64,000 nucleotides of DNA from Sphagnum compactum. Taxonomy: Eukaryota. Shown here in pieces: positions 38,357 through 51,301 of this stretch (position 1 is its first letter; each line of letters starts with the position of its first letter). The notes beneath the pieces are model-generated. The model searched no databases, was not told the origin of the DNA, and worked only from the letters and a program-made list of their open reading frames with translations. The DNA lies in NCBI GenBank assembly GCA_965153455.1, contig OZ234493.1, positions 22,124,213 to 22,188,212 on the forward strand, given 5' to 3'. A program made the translations under genes and the position numbers.

Positions 38357-39636
38357 TCAAGAAGCAGCTGCAGCTGCAGCTGCGGCTGCAGCTCCACGAG
38401 ATCCCATGATTTTGCAGACAGGAAAGGACCCATCATTTTGAAGGAGTTGAAGATTAGACCCTACTTTGAGGTCCTTGAGGAGAATCTTCTGCCCAATATC
38501 AAGCATGCTGAGGTCCACTTCTATGAATGGAGGGATGGCATCTGCTGGGCACAGATACTTCACCGTCCTCTCCATTGTATATACATATCCACCTGCATGG
38601 AGACAGAAAAATCAAAGATGACCAGAGTCTCAAAGTTCTAGGATTCAGATTTTGCTGGAGCTCCCTCTATGAGAGAAGCAAGAGTTATGCATGTACCAAA
38701 ACATAATGGTTCCATAAAGTGTGAAGATGGGGCCAACCTTTGCGAATTCCTGGGCAGGCATCTTCACCAAGAAATACCAGAGGGACATCTACTTTGAGGC
38801 AAGCAGTTGGGGGTGCCCTGATGAATGTCACATTCATGATTTTGTCGGTTCCAGCATGCAAATGTATCTGAAGCATCCCCAACAAGAGTGAGGCTTGTCA
38901 GGTGTTCAGGGCAATATCCCAATAGCTCTGCAAGTGGAAGGCATTGCAATCATGCTCAAAATTGTGCACAAAACCTGCTGATGCTTCAACTAGGGTTCAC
39001 ACTGAGAGCTGGCAACAGAAAGAAAGAAAGTGATGAACTTACAGAGCGGGGCAGGACACGCTCCCTGGACTCCAATTCACCTTCATCAGAATAAATCTCC
39101 AAATCAAACGTGCGTGACAGGAAAAAACTTTTGCCCAATTTCTTGAGCAGGCGCTCGATCTGCTTGGTTTCCACAGAGATGAGAACCTTATTACCACCCA
39201 AATGTCCATTCTCTTGCTCAAAAACAATACTTGGAACTCGACCCGCCCGCCGCTCCTTCTTACTGACAATCTTTCCAGAGCCCAACCTTGGGAAAGCCTT
39301 GATCACATCCTCTACTTTCTTCTCTGGCGCTTGAGGAAAGTCTTCTGCATCGAATTCAGATTCCTCCTCTTCAGCTTGGGAGTAAAATCTCCAACCTCTA
39401 ACAAAAGTAGGGTTTGGCGAATAAAAGCTTGGGCTTGTAGTGCAGGAGTTGCTTAGGGTTCTAATCTGCTGCAATGTGAATATCTGAGGCTTTGAGGCAG
39501 CAGTAGCGTAGTGGGAAGCTTGATAGGATGCTCCGTATCGGGATGGAGTGGTGAGTCCTCTTGTGGAGTTGTGAAAAGAGCTTGATCTAAGCTTGCAACA
39601 AAGGCGCCGAAGGCCGATACTAAGAGAAGACCTCAT
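38357..39636 (-). CDS. RPL25: Organellar (probably mitochondrial) 50S ribosomal protein L25/TL5-CTC family (~319 aa); exons 39636-39043, 38867-38738, 38592-38357
   Basis: IKAFPRLGSGK..SKKERRAGRVPSIVFEQ...RERVLPRS/IHLHAGTDKIMNVTFIRAP...KVDVPLVFLGEDACPGIRKG/GYVYTMERTVKYLCPADAIPPFIEVDLSMLDIGQKILLKDL. Arg/Ser-rich presequence at the N-terminus. Confidence 0.92.
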
Positions 39637-40844
39637 GGTGCGAGAAGATCAAGGAGGAATCGTCTGTCACTCTCAAAACCCAATTCCGAAGCCCTCACTG
39701 TCTTTGCTGCTTCTACCTAAGCCGGGCCTTTTCTATGGCCACCAAACTCCAGCGAGAAAAAGCTCTAGGAGAAATACATTCTGCCTGACACCCCACACAC
39801 ACACATTGCAATAAAAACTCCAAAATGACAACCTTCTCTCAAACGAGCATGGAATCTGTAGACACTTGCAAGCAAAATCTCTGGATCTTAGTCGCACACT
39901 CAATGACTTCTGAACTTCAAACCCTAAACACCGAACCCTAAATTCGCTCGTCGCTCAGAAAATACCTTTGTTGTTCATTCTAGGAAACTAGAGGACAAAC
40001 CCTTGACGCCGAACGTAGCGGCGATGGGTTGCGAAATGCGGACTGGTGCACTTTTCATGGCAGAAATACATCACCGGTTTGCAAGTTGCAAAATTCTTTG
40101 TATTGCGACTACTGTTGCTAGGAGGGAAGATTCTTGCAACCCCGGCATAGACTGCGTCGTATATCGATGCCATTTTAGAACCACAAACCCGATTGGAAAT
40201 TGTACAAGAAAATTGGGGTTTGTGTTTGTTGATGATATGCAAGATATTGGGGAGTACTTCTTGCTTCTTCGGAGTTTCTCGTCTTGCTGCGTGGGTTTCA
40301 ATAGAACTGCACTCTGCCAATGCCTGGCGCTAAATCAGATCCAAAATTACACACTGTCATTTCCTTTTTGTTTTCCAGGAGATGGGATGTAATTTCTTGC
40401 AAACAGGGATCAAAAAATGCTTCTCAGATACCTTCCCTTCGAACCTATTGATTGTGGACTTCTTGCCAGGTTCACACAAGTGCTACAAGGCTGCAATGAG
40501 GACATGATCAATCATCAATCAGCCTCTTCAAGTTCAGGAAATGAGAATATGTCAATGAAATACCACAGATCATTTGGTTGATGGAAAAAAGAAGTCTTTT
40601 GGTTGTAAGTAGGTGGAGATCCAATCATGAACTCCACTCTACTGCGCTGAAAAAAAGAAGATGACAACTTCACATGCAACTAGTACTCAGAAATTTTGCT
40701 TGAAGCAACACCTTGATATGGCGTTTCTAAAATTATGAGTAACATGCTTAATGTTTTTTTCAAATTTGAAGAAAAGAAGCACAGCATACATACATACATA
40801 CATATACGTATCAAAAGTTTCTTAGCCATTCTGCCTCTGCATCA

Positions 40845-41393
40845 TTACTCACTGTCCCACTTTGACTCTAGGACTTTCTTGAAAGCCGTCCGTGATGCAA
40901 GGTCATCACACCAGGCAGCAACATGTTGGCGAGATGTTATAAGCTCCCCTGTAAGGTTCTTGAATAGGACGAGAAACGGAGTGTGTAAAAGGTCTGCAAG
41001 ACTGTAATAATCACCTGCAAGATATCTGTTTTGGGACAAGTGTGAATCATAGATATCCAACACCTTCCCAAGTTTCTCAAGCTGGGTGGCAATCAACTCT
41101 TCCTTGAGTGGTCTTTTGAAAGTGGAAGAAATAAGATACTCTCGTGCAAGTGCTGTAGCTGGAGGTGCAAAATTCTGACCCTCCACTTCCACCCACTGAT
41201 TAATTATAGCTTTCTCTGTCAGTGTATTGCCCAGCAATGGTGTCCCTTGACCATCATATTTCTCAGCTATATACCTTCCGATAGCTTGAGACCCTGGACC
41301 CAAACCCACACAGATGCAATCCTCTGTGAAGAATCAAGTCACAGCAAATAATAGCACCCACATGATCCAAATGCTCATAAACTTACAACTACA

Positions 41394-41424
<31 letters not shown>

Positions 41425-42257
41425 GTAGGACACTCTTATACAAGACATTGCAATCATGATGGTGACTTCCTGGGCTTACCAAAAAGAAAGAAGCCATCGT
41501 CATCAAGACTTGGAACCTGTCCAAATGGCTGCATTTGCATCCAATTTCAGGGTCAAAGTTATTATGCCCACAACACTGTAACATGGGGTTTTTTCTCATT
41601 CATGGAATTCTCTTGCTATTGTAGACTAGTGTGCATCCAGGCTGAGAAAGAAAGTGGACAATCCTTTGTGATTATCATTCTGGAGATTCTCATCAACAAG
41701 GAAGAATCATTCATTGCTTCTTCTCTTGTTTGTTAGAAATAAACCACTATGTCAGAAATTTTGACAGCTTTCAAGAATGGGTGGAGAATAGTCTTACCGC
41801 CTTAGCTAAATAATCAGGAGACCTATTCTCCCGAGACATCAAATCAATTTTCACCAGCTTGAATTCCAACTACACAAAACCATTATCAAACAGCAACATC
41901 AGGAGCAATTGATGTGGAGAAGCATCGAACATCTACAGCCCAAAAGTAAGAATTCACCTTGATGAAATCCAAACAATTCAAATCGACAGAGTTTAGAGTC
42001 TAGGGATTGAGTCACGCGGGACAGGAATTGATTATTTCCATATTCAGATTGACAGTCAAGAAATCACTAACCCTTCTGCTCAGGATCATCCATAGCAAAG
42101 TTTGATTCGTTCAAGACACTTTTAAATGGCCAAAAATTCGGATTCTTTTCTTACAGGAGGTTTTCAGATGGTGTGAAATGATTACCTCCTTTTCATAGAG
42201 GGCAAGCGCAGCCCGCTCGCAGTTGGCAGTCACTGTACCATAAACCTTGAGCACCAT
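40845..42257 (-). CDS. GSTF: Phi-class glutathione S-transferase (~213 aa); exons 42257-42186, 41869-41798, 41528-41480, 41293-40845
   Basis: MVLKVYGTVTANCERAALALYEKE/LEFKLVKIDLMSRENRSPDYLAKA/PFGQVPSLDDDGFFLF-G/SQAIGRYIAEKY...INQWVEVE...YLAGDYYSLADLLH. Open frame across GT-AG junctions, with the same intron positions as the GST at 33762. Confidence 0.9.
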
Positions 42258-43126
42258 CGCTGCTTGCTTCTGGTTGTAGGCTGTGAGCACACAAATCTCC
42301 AGATTTTAGTGCAATGATGATCACTGTTTGGTTAATGCATCGCATCTGTAGACAATTTCATGTGCTTAAAAGCTGACATAGGGTCCAAAAAGCTCTGAAG
42401 GATTCTGCCGATTCTGAAGGATCCTCTACAATGTCAAGTGGACATGGCCATATAACCATTTGCCAAAGTGCTGATCGCTTGTGCAGATGACTACTCACTA
42501 TCTAAGACACTTCAATTGAATGACATATCGTTTTTATTGAGATGGGTTTAGACTCTGAATGGACCATGTGCCTTGCAATTCATCGTTATAAATGCGAGCT
42601 CGCTCAAACAACAATTCAATAACAAACCTCTGCTCTTTTGCACGAGACTAATACACACCTGTGCTTCCTTTGTGGCGGAGCTGCATTCTATACGTCGATC
42701 ACACACTCAAGAGGAACCAAACAAATGCAGATGTCGAATTTTGCAAACAAAAAATTGTACCTTCAGGGGGGAGGGATGTCAAAACCGGCGAGCTAACCCA
42801 ATAGAACCGGATCTCCACCACCAACGTCGACCTTAATACGCAAACCGAGATCAATCAATCAATCAATCAATTAATCAGTGAACGAGAAAATTACATACAT
42901 TGTAATGAAAATTAGGTGATCAAGTTCAATAAAAAAAGAAGGACTAGGGTTCAGAATCGTCAAAAAACCGACCTTACAAAATCGATCTTTGCAATGCTCT
43001 CCAGAAAAACAAAGAAACGAAGGGCGACGAAAGTCTCAGATTCGGAAATTGGAAGCTGGAAAACAACAGATCATTGAGAGTTCACGGCTGCAGTGATGGC
43101 TGAAGACTCGAAAGACAAATCCCACA

Positions 43127-43234
43127 TTATATAGTGTGTGGGCTGACTGACTGACTGACTGCTATTGCTTGTTAGAGAAGTTGCAAGCGAAGCTTCGGAA
43201 AGATGGCAGTAACTTGTCTGCCGTGAACCACGTG
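43127..43234 (-). promoter_or_regulatory. Putative core promoter of the minus-strand GST (TATATAA at 43133-43127, G-box CACGTG at 43229-43234)
   Basis: TATA and G-box lie upstream of a probable 5'UTR exon ending at a splice donor near 42972. Positional inference only. Confidence 0.4.
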
Positions 43235-44766
43235 AACGCTAAGGTCGCGTGGATTTTGTTGTAACTGCTGGTCAAATGTTCTGGTGCACTATCCACCGGA
43301 TGTCCGTTACGACTGAGTCTTCTGTAAGGACTAATTTTTGGTAGTTCCAAATTCCAGTAATTGGAACTGGTATAGGAGGGATTTTGGGGGAATCCTTCGT
43401 ATGGTTTGTCCATGGACCATTCCAAAGACAATTTCAGAAATAATTATCGCATTTTCAAGCCTAACTGTTTCATTTCGTTTTTAATAACTACTTTCTTTTC
43501 CTTATGAACTTTCTTAATAATTATCTCTCACCTTTCTTAATAAATATCTCCATTTTATATAATTATCTCACTCTTTTCTCTTATCCATCAACATGGATTT
43601 GAAAAAAAAAATTAACATGTGTCTTTTCACGTTCATGAAATGTATATTAATTTAAATTAAATTTGACATTGACATAAATATTGATGATTTATTGAAAATA
43701 TATGAAAATGTAAGAAAAAAAAAGAAAGTTGATTGTCGCTAGTAGTGCGTAGCAAATCAAAGCTCTAATTATACCTAACTAGGTAGGAAAAGAACGGCTA
43801 CTTACCAACATTTTTAAGGTTATATCTTTGAAAGTTGCTTGACAATTGGATGGGTAGAATGTGTAATATGGTTATTTGTCAAATTTTGGAGTTGAGCAAA
43901 TTGGCTAATTAAATTTTTTTTTTGTGATCATGTGATTCATTACCATGGTCGATCAAGAACAAACTTTTGATGACTGAAACAAAATGCAAGTTATGTAATT
44001 TGGCTATTGTGATTATTCTTAGAACAAGCATTCGACGATTCAAACACATTCAAAATGCTTAGAGGTTCATGGTCAATGTATTATAAAACTTGGAAAAATG
44101 AGCTGTATGCACAGCCGCTCATTTTTCCAACTTCTACGGTATATTGATCACCAAGTCTTGATTCTTTAAGCATTACAATGAGCAAAACAAAAAGAAAAAG
44201 TAACCAAATTGCAAAAGCATTGTCAAGGGAGGTGAAACCAAGTCTGAAAAGAGATTTCGCTCATTGGCAATAGTAGTGGGCTTGCACTCGTTTAAAAACA
44301 AGTTTAGAATGTCATGAGAAGAAATTGAACCCTCATCTCCATCTATGAGTTAGTATAAACAATATTTATCTTTTTTATTAGGCCAATTGTCATTTTGACC
44401 AACAAGACCCTTAGGGCACTTACATAATATAGGTATCCCTTGTCACTTTTGACTAGGTCAAATGTCATTTTGACCAACAAAATTCATAAGGTACCTAAAT
44501 AACATAAGTATCTCTTGTCGCTTTTGATTAAATCAAATGTCATTTTGATTAGAATATTCATTTCTAGATACATTTTGACTAAATGTTCAATTTAACACTT
44601 GGTCAAATGAATCATTTTGGTCAAATTGCTTAGTAAAAAACTACACATGTCATTTAACACTGGAGTTTCTAATCAAAATGAATATGTTTAGAGATCAAAA
44701 AGATAATGTAATCAAATTAAATCATGAATTGTAGTGGTGTTTCCATTTATTTTTATTGCTCTGACT

Positions 44767-45508
44767 TGTACAACTATTATAATTACTTTTGAGCCTTGCA
44801 CATATATGCTGAGTTTCACCATTTCATACCCATATTTAATCAAATTTCCTTATTTTATAAATACCATTGAAACAAGGGTTTGGAGGTGAAAGGAGGACCA
44901 AAGACAATGTGACTTTACGGATAACTTTAATATATATAGTTACACTCCAAAACATTTACATAGGGCCATGTAAATGTATTTAACAAATATTTACATTGGC
45001 TTTGTGTAAGTGTAAAACTATATATGTACACAACAATTGCGTAAATGTAACTATAAAAAGTTCAAACATGTAAATGTAAATGATTTACATTTACAAAGGA
45101 TTTACACATCGTATATAAAACCATTGACACTTACATGGACAACACTCGTTTGGACAATTCTACATCTCCTAATTCATAAATGGATTCTATTTACATGTCA
45201 ATTGGATCCATTTAGTGGGATTTGGAATTAGTGGTGATTTGGAGTTCAATATAGGATTTACACTTACACTGTTGCCATGTATATATACATATTTACATTT
45301 ACACAGCCCATGTAAGTGTTTTGGGGTGTGTAAGCGTATATATTTTAGAGTTATCCATAAAGTCATCTTGTCTTTGGGCCTCCTTTCCCCTCAAAACCCA
45401 TGTTTCAATAACATCTGTAAATTAAGAAAATTTATTAAATCTAGGTATGAAATGTTGAAATTCAACATTACATGGACAAGGTTTGAGAATAATTAAAATA
45501 GTTGTACA
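44767..45508. mobile_element. Foldback/MITE-like element with long (~200+ bp) imperfect inverted arms
   Basis: TGTACAACTATT...TTGAAACAAGGGTTTTG...CCAAAGACAATGTGACTTTACGGATAAC is mirrored by GTTATCCATAAAGTCATCTTGTCTTTGG...CAAAACCCATGTTTCAA...AATAGTTGTACA. A related arm occurs at ~63350-63610. Confidence 0.7.
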
Positions 45509-46227
45509 TGTAAAAATAATGAAAATATATGTAGCAACAGTGTAGGCGCTAAGGAAAAAGGAAAGACAAGGTGAAATTCAATTTACCACAAAAATTGATG
45601 GTTTTGTGATTTTCACAACCCCTTGAACGTTAATGTATTTATTTTAAGTTTTTTTTTTGGTAATCTCATATTGTTTATGACCAAACTTAGGGTTTTAGTG
45701 TTGTGTTTTCCTTACTTCACATATAATTCTGTTACATACCCTTAATGACCATGCCTTCTTGCAAATCCATATTTATCAATTGTTGGTGCATGTTTTGACG
45801 ATTTTTCTTTTGCAATGGACCATTTGCACCTATCACAAATATGTTATGAAATCCCCCCTCCCCAAATAAAAATCACTGTTTTTACAATTTTTTTACACTT
45901 ACACTCTTTCACAAGAACATATAAAATCATGTGAGTGTATTTGTTTGACACACACTATTTTACACAATCGCATAAAATCATATAAATATGTTTATTTTTA
46001 CATTTACACTGTTTTATTTATGTTACACAAAATAAAATAGATTTACACAATTCTACACTTACACCCTAAACATTTTGTGTTTTATATTTATATTTATACA
46101 AACATAGATGGATATTAGACATTTACACTTACATAAAGTGTAAATAAGTTTCATTATGGGATTTACACTTACGTGGAGTGTAAATCCCAACCCATTTACA
46201 CACACAACACTGGTCCCTACTCCTGTG

Positions 46228-46690
46228 ACATTGCAAGGTCTATAGCTGACAAGTTTGAGAAACAAGGCACAACATTGCAAGGCATATAGCTGACAAGTTT
46301 GAGAAACAAGGCACACCATTGCTAGGCACAACACTGAAGGAAACACATGTTGTATCCTTTAATGGGAAATCAAGAAGGCAACTACATTCAGCCATGTAAC
46401 CATGTTGCATGACTGGGAGCTTCACCATAGTATTTTTCACAATCTGGATCGTGGAGGAAGGGCTGACTCCATCAGTCTTTTTAAGGTTGTCTTGGATATG
46501 TATGATCAGCCCTTGTCAAGGACAAAGTATTTTGCAGATGACCATTACAGCCTTGCAGACCTTGTGCACATTCCAAAACTAATGAATTGACAGGATTCAC
46601 AAGGAGATCATCACATCCCGAAAGCATATTGATGCCTGGTATCAACACATCACATCTTGTTAATCTTTTGAGAAACTCACAGACATTAAA
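46228..46690 (+). pseudogene. Phi-GST pseudogene fragment (last exon only)
   Basis: IADKFEKQGTPLLGTTLKE...KVVLDMYDQPLSRTKYFADDHYSLADLVHIPK...ITSRKHIDAWY, with frameshifts and stops and a 44-bp tandem duplication at 46228/46272. Confidence 0.85.
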
Positions 46691-48648
46691 GTTGATGCTG
46701 ATGCACAATATGTGGAGATTCAACTAGCTTGCTGATTGTTGAAGTTTCTGGAACTGCTTGATGCTGTCCCCATTGAGGTTAGAGTGCTGTTCTTTTCAAT
46801 CCTATTCTTCCCGATCAAATATTACTGACCTACGTAATTAGTACCCAAGACATTGAAAATCTCTGTATTTTGGAAAATTTTCATGTGCATCACAATGTCA
46901 CAGCAACAGTTTGCACAAAACTATTATGTGAAAGGCATTGATGCTCTAGCAACACCTTATGACTCATCACAGATCACACTTATGTGTGCTATTGACCAAT
47001 CCAGTGGTAGAACAGGAGCTGTTTGATTTTTTGTTTGCAATGTTGAATGTCCATGCGTAAGCTTCTGCCAGACCACTGGCCTTACATGTCAATGTCCAAT
47101 TGTAGAACACCTCCATTTTCTTCTGCAGCAAGAGGAAGCTGCCAAAAAAAAGCTTGTGCACACCATTATCTTACACATTATGAAACCTAAAACATCCCAT
47201 TCGCAGATTCCATAATCAATGGCCAATAGAAATGGTCTTTGCTGGTGACAATTTTGCACTCATCAACAAACATCTGGGTTGCTCGGTCTGTGAACAATAA
47301 TGTTACCTGAGTGGTTGTGGTGGTACTATGGTAGGTATGCAAAGTGCAATGTGAAGAAGAATGTGTTGACCAGATGTGGGGTGTGGCAGTTTAGGGAAGA
47401 TGTAGTTGACACAGCACTGTGACTCAGTGGTAGAAACTTTGAGGGTGGACAATGAACATGCATCCTGCAGTTTCAGTTACTGATGAAGGACCATTTGAAA
47501 ATTGACGATCAAGGTCCCTCTGAATATAATGTAATGCAAAGCCTTCCCAACAATATCTCTGACAAAGGCTGTCCTCTCCAGGAATTTGATCTGCAAAAGA
47601 GGGTCTACAGCGTTTTCTAGGACAGCTTCATCTAGCCTGGAAAAACTCAGCCTTGTAAGCGTGTTCCCTTGTACAGCAAGTGCAGGACTTGCCAGACTAA
47701 TGCCTTCCTCCAGAAATACACAGCAGTAAGTTTTTCACTTCATCTGCCAAGTATACTCCTTTCAAATGGCATCTGATCTTAAATGCATTAGTGAAATCCC
47801 TTGGTATTGAATCCCAACAAAGGTACTGGTATGAGGTGTCCTTCAAAGCAAGAGGCATGAAAACCAAGAGGGCAGGCAACATCAAACACCAAGCATATGG
47901 GGAAAGAAGAAGAGTTAGCCAAAGGTTACACCAGCATGCTGGAAGCTGTGGAAGATTACAATCTTATAGGTTGTCATGAATAATTTATAGGTTGTGCCAA
48001 TTTTTCAACACCCCATAATTTCATTCACAGAGATCAGAAAGTAAGTGTGAATGGATGGAAGTCAACCAATATGTAGAATTCTGAGGAGAACATACACTGG
48101 CAGGAAATTGCTATGGTCAATTTGCACAGTGTTATGAGAGAATGTGATGATGAACCTGATTACATGGAGCTTGAGATTCCATGGCAATAGCTCCTCATTC
48201 ACTTTGGGCAGAGGAAGACATTGAAGAAGAGCTGTGGGAGCTACAGAAGGCAATGAAATTATGATCCCTAGCCAGAGCCTGCTGCAGAAATCAGGCTTTA
48301 ACTTCATACAAATGGTTTAGACAATGCTTGTGAGAGATCCTCTCTAGAAGGCTCTTCAGGCAAGCATCAAGTTGTCAGTGCATAATGTAGCCAGAAAAAA
48401 CCGCCCTGTGCAGCTATTGTCCCGGAATGCAACACATACAACTAATTCACCAAACTTGAAGAATAGAGCAGCATATGAAATGACAATTGCAACAGACAAG
48501 CCTAAAGGAACAACACCTTGGAATGTAAAAGAGGATGATCTAATCTTGGATTGTCATACTTCTCCTCTGGAAGGTTTGGACATGGAACTGGACGACATAG
48601 GATTTTGTTGCCATAACTTTAGTGAGGAAGAATGAAGATAAAAGAAAC

Positions 48649-49518
48649 TCATCCAGATTTTCTGGATTTCTTAGATACTCTATGCTCCCCAGGAGACTGG
48701 TCTGCAGCTCGTTTCTTTGTCTTCTTTTTCTCTTTGATCTCTTGCTCATTGTCAACATGGACACTACCATACCCTCCTCTCCCTCTTTCATCACTCTTAC
48801 TATTCAAATGGCCAGCATCATCCTCCCTGTCATCAGATGTCTCCTTGGTCAGGGAATTATTTTCTAGAGGAGGCTTTTCCTTGTGCTTTTTCTTCTTCTT
48901 CTTCCTGCCCTCCTGATCTGCTGGCACTAATGTAACCTTATCAATCCTCTCTTCATTTTGAGCCTTACCTCCTATTGCTGATGCTAAAACCCCTTCCAAA
49001 GCCCCAGTTACTGCTTCCCTTGAAGCTTCTATGAAATTCTTCGTCTTCTTCTTCTTCCTTTTGCTGGCATTCACATCGTCCTCATCAGCAAACCTGGAAC
49101 TTCGAGTGCTTGCAACCATGTCAGCAGCCTCAAACTCATTCTCAGAAAGAATTTCCCCATTCGACCGCTTGTCAAGCTCATTAGGAAATGCATGTTCATC
49201 CTCACGACCAAGAAGAGCTTCAAAGTTCATCACCGCTTGAGCATTTTCATTTGCATTCTCGACCCCCAATTCGAAATCTTCCACCAGCTCCTCAGACTTG
49301 GAATGTCTTGGGTCCGAAAAACTTCGATTTAGGGTTTTGTCGTCTCTGGAAATAACCTCGTGCAGAGATCGAGAGACGTTTTCTAAGTAACCTTTGACAA
49401 TGCCTGATTCTGCTGCCCCCTCACTTGACAAAAACCGCTGCAACATCCCTGCAGCTTCTTGCAGCGAGCATGGTGCCGATGACAGAACGGAGCCTCTCAC
49501 TGGCAATGGTGCAGCCAT
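48649..49518 (-). CDS. Uncharacterised acidic/Lys-rich, probably nuclear or nucleolar protein (289 aa)
   Basis: Single ATG-started ORF. Small conserved-looking N-terminal domain (VRGSVLSSAPCSLQEAAGMLQRFLSSE...YL) followed by a low-complexity charged tail with poly-K NLS-like tracts. Telo-box AAACCCTAA upstream at ~50113. Confidence 0.75.
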   Translation of the reverse strand: MAAPLPVRGSVLSSAPCSLQEAAGMLQRFLSSEGAAESGIVKGYLENVSRSLHEVISRDDKTLNRSFSDPRHSKSEELVEDFELGVENANENAQAVMNFEALLGREDEHAFPNELDKRSNGEILSENEFEAADMVASTRSSRFADEDDVNASKRKKKKTKNFIEASREAVTGALEGVLASAIGGKAQNEERIDKVTLVPADQEGRKKKKKKHKEKPPLENNSLTKETSDDREDDAGHLNSKSDERGRGGYGSVHVDNEQEIKEKKKTKKRAADQSPGEHRVSKKSRKSG

Positions 49519-50288
49519 AACTTTTAAATCCTTTTTCTCTTAAAAGCAGAAAAAGGCACACCACTGTCCTTGTGCACCCAGAAACAAACGCCTGAATGTT
49601 TACATTGTACCTGCAGGAAACATCACTGCAATGTCTACTAAACGGAGGAAGAGAAAAGACAAAAAACTTCACTCCACTGCAACCCTAACCATGATCTCAA
49701 CCCTAAAATACTCCAGTACCAAACTGTGAAACCCACATACTCTGTTTTTCTTCTCCTTGCTCACAAAACTCTCCATAACTTCAAACGTGCATCTCCTTAC
49801 AGAAAACCAAAACATGAGTGAAGAACGGGGAAATAAAATAGAGAAACAAGCGTTGTCCCGAAATTCTATTCTCCCGAGACAGAGCTCGAAGCGCCCACAT
49901 GCTACAAAAGAGGCAAAGGCTCTTCTTCTCCTCTTGCACGTTTATGAACTCGAGATAGAAAACCGACGTTGCACTCATGCAAACTCCTCAACAAGTATTG
50001 CATACAGGGATTCGAAACACTTAGAAGCTAATCGCAGAAAATTAGGGGGAGAGAGAGAGAGACGCGGAGAGACACGACGCAGAGGGCATTTGGTGTCTGC
50101 GCACAGGATCCCAAACCCTAAAGTGTGATTCTACAGTCGACCAGTCAAACAGCTGCCATGCGGCAAGCAGTGTAGAGTGTGAAAGGAGACCCCTCCCCAA
50201 AAGTGATGGCCCCTGCGGATTGGTTCAAAAATGCGAATTGACCGAGTGCCCACCTCAGAGTCTAATGTGGTAAACAATTGGAAACCTG

Positions 50289-50300
50289 TGCCACGTGGCA
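50289..50300. promoter_or_regulatory. Perfect palindromic G-box/ABRE TGCCACGTGGCA
   Basis: 12-bp palindrome between the divergently oriented Lys-rich gene and the GST pseudogene. Confidence 0.45.
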
Positions 50301-51301
50301 AGAGATGTAGCCTTAATGGAAAAGCGCAAACGATTTCTCAATGTTTTCTTTAGTGTTTTTTTGCACTCATGGGCATTGGGTACCCATTGAATTTTGCAGT
50401 CTGTTTAGTAGGGTGATCTGAAAAATTACATCTGCATTTGGGCTGCATTTGTTGGGTTCCTCTTTGAGTGTGTGATCGATGTATTGAATGCAGCTTTGTC
50501 GCAGAGGAAGCACAGGTGTGTGTTAGTGGTGTTTAAAGAGCAGAGGTTGTTCATAAATTATTTGTTTCAGCGAGCTCATGTATATAATGATGAATTGCAA
50601 CGCACATGGTACATTGAGGGTCTAAACCCATCTCAATAAAAACATACGGGGATGGATTGAAGTGCCTTGAAGCATCCACAGCGGCGCTCAGTATGTGACC
50701 CTGCAAAAATATTTCTCACATCCAAGTTTAGTCATTTGCTTTTCTGCAAACCCGCCCATAAAACTGAAACTGAGACTGCAAATAGGTGGGAGATTACTAA
50801 TAGCAAACCACCTTGACCAGTCATTATGATTGGTCAATTAGAAATGGGGAGCAGCAATCAGATCATATTTTTTACACTCTTTGCTTGCACGTCCACAGCT
50901 TTGCTGCACCTTTTACAAGCCTCAGAAAAAAAATGTGCAAATATACTTGGCCAAAACCATTTTCAGAAGCCAAACTGGCATGTTTTGACTTTTCTTCATC
51001 AAATTTTAATGTACAGGGTCATATACATATTGAGCACCGCTCAGGATGCTCTTAGATAGTGAGTAGTAATCTGCACAAGTGATCAGATATGGTTCTATGG
51101 CCATGTCCTCTTGACATTATTGAAGATCCTTCATATCCTTCACAATCAGCAGAATCCTTTACAGCTTTCGGACCCTAAGTTAGCTTTTGAGCACCTGAAA
51201 TTGTCTACAGATGCAATGCAATAACCAAACAGTGATCATCATCGGGCTAAAATCTGGATTTTGGTGTGCTCAGCAGCCTACTTGACCCATAGCAAGTAGC
51301 C

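Noticed and set aside
39988-40392. Overlapping 110-129 aa ORFs between RPL25 and the GST
   Set aside because: No recognisable domain and several competing frames. A divergent non-coding transcript cannot be excluded.
41958-41999. Candidate GST exon 2 (TLNSVDLNCLDFIK) with AG/GT borders
   Set aside because: Exon 41869-41798 fits the GST alignment much better in length and sequence.
46950-48600. Coding-like composition downstream of the Lys-rich gene
   Set aside because: Only short ORFs with no motifs I recognise, and no coherent exon chain could be built.
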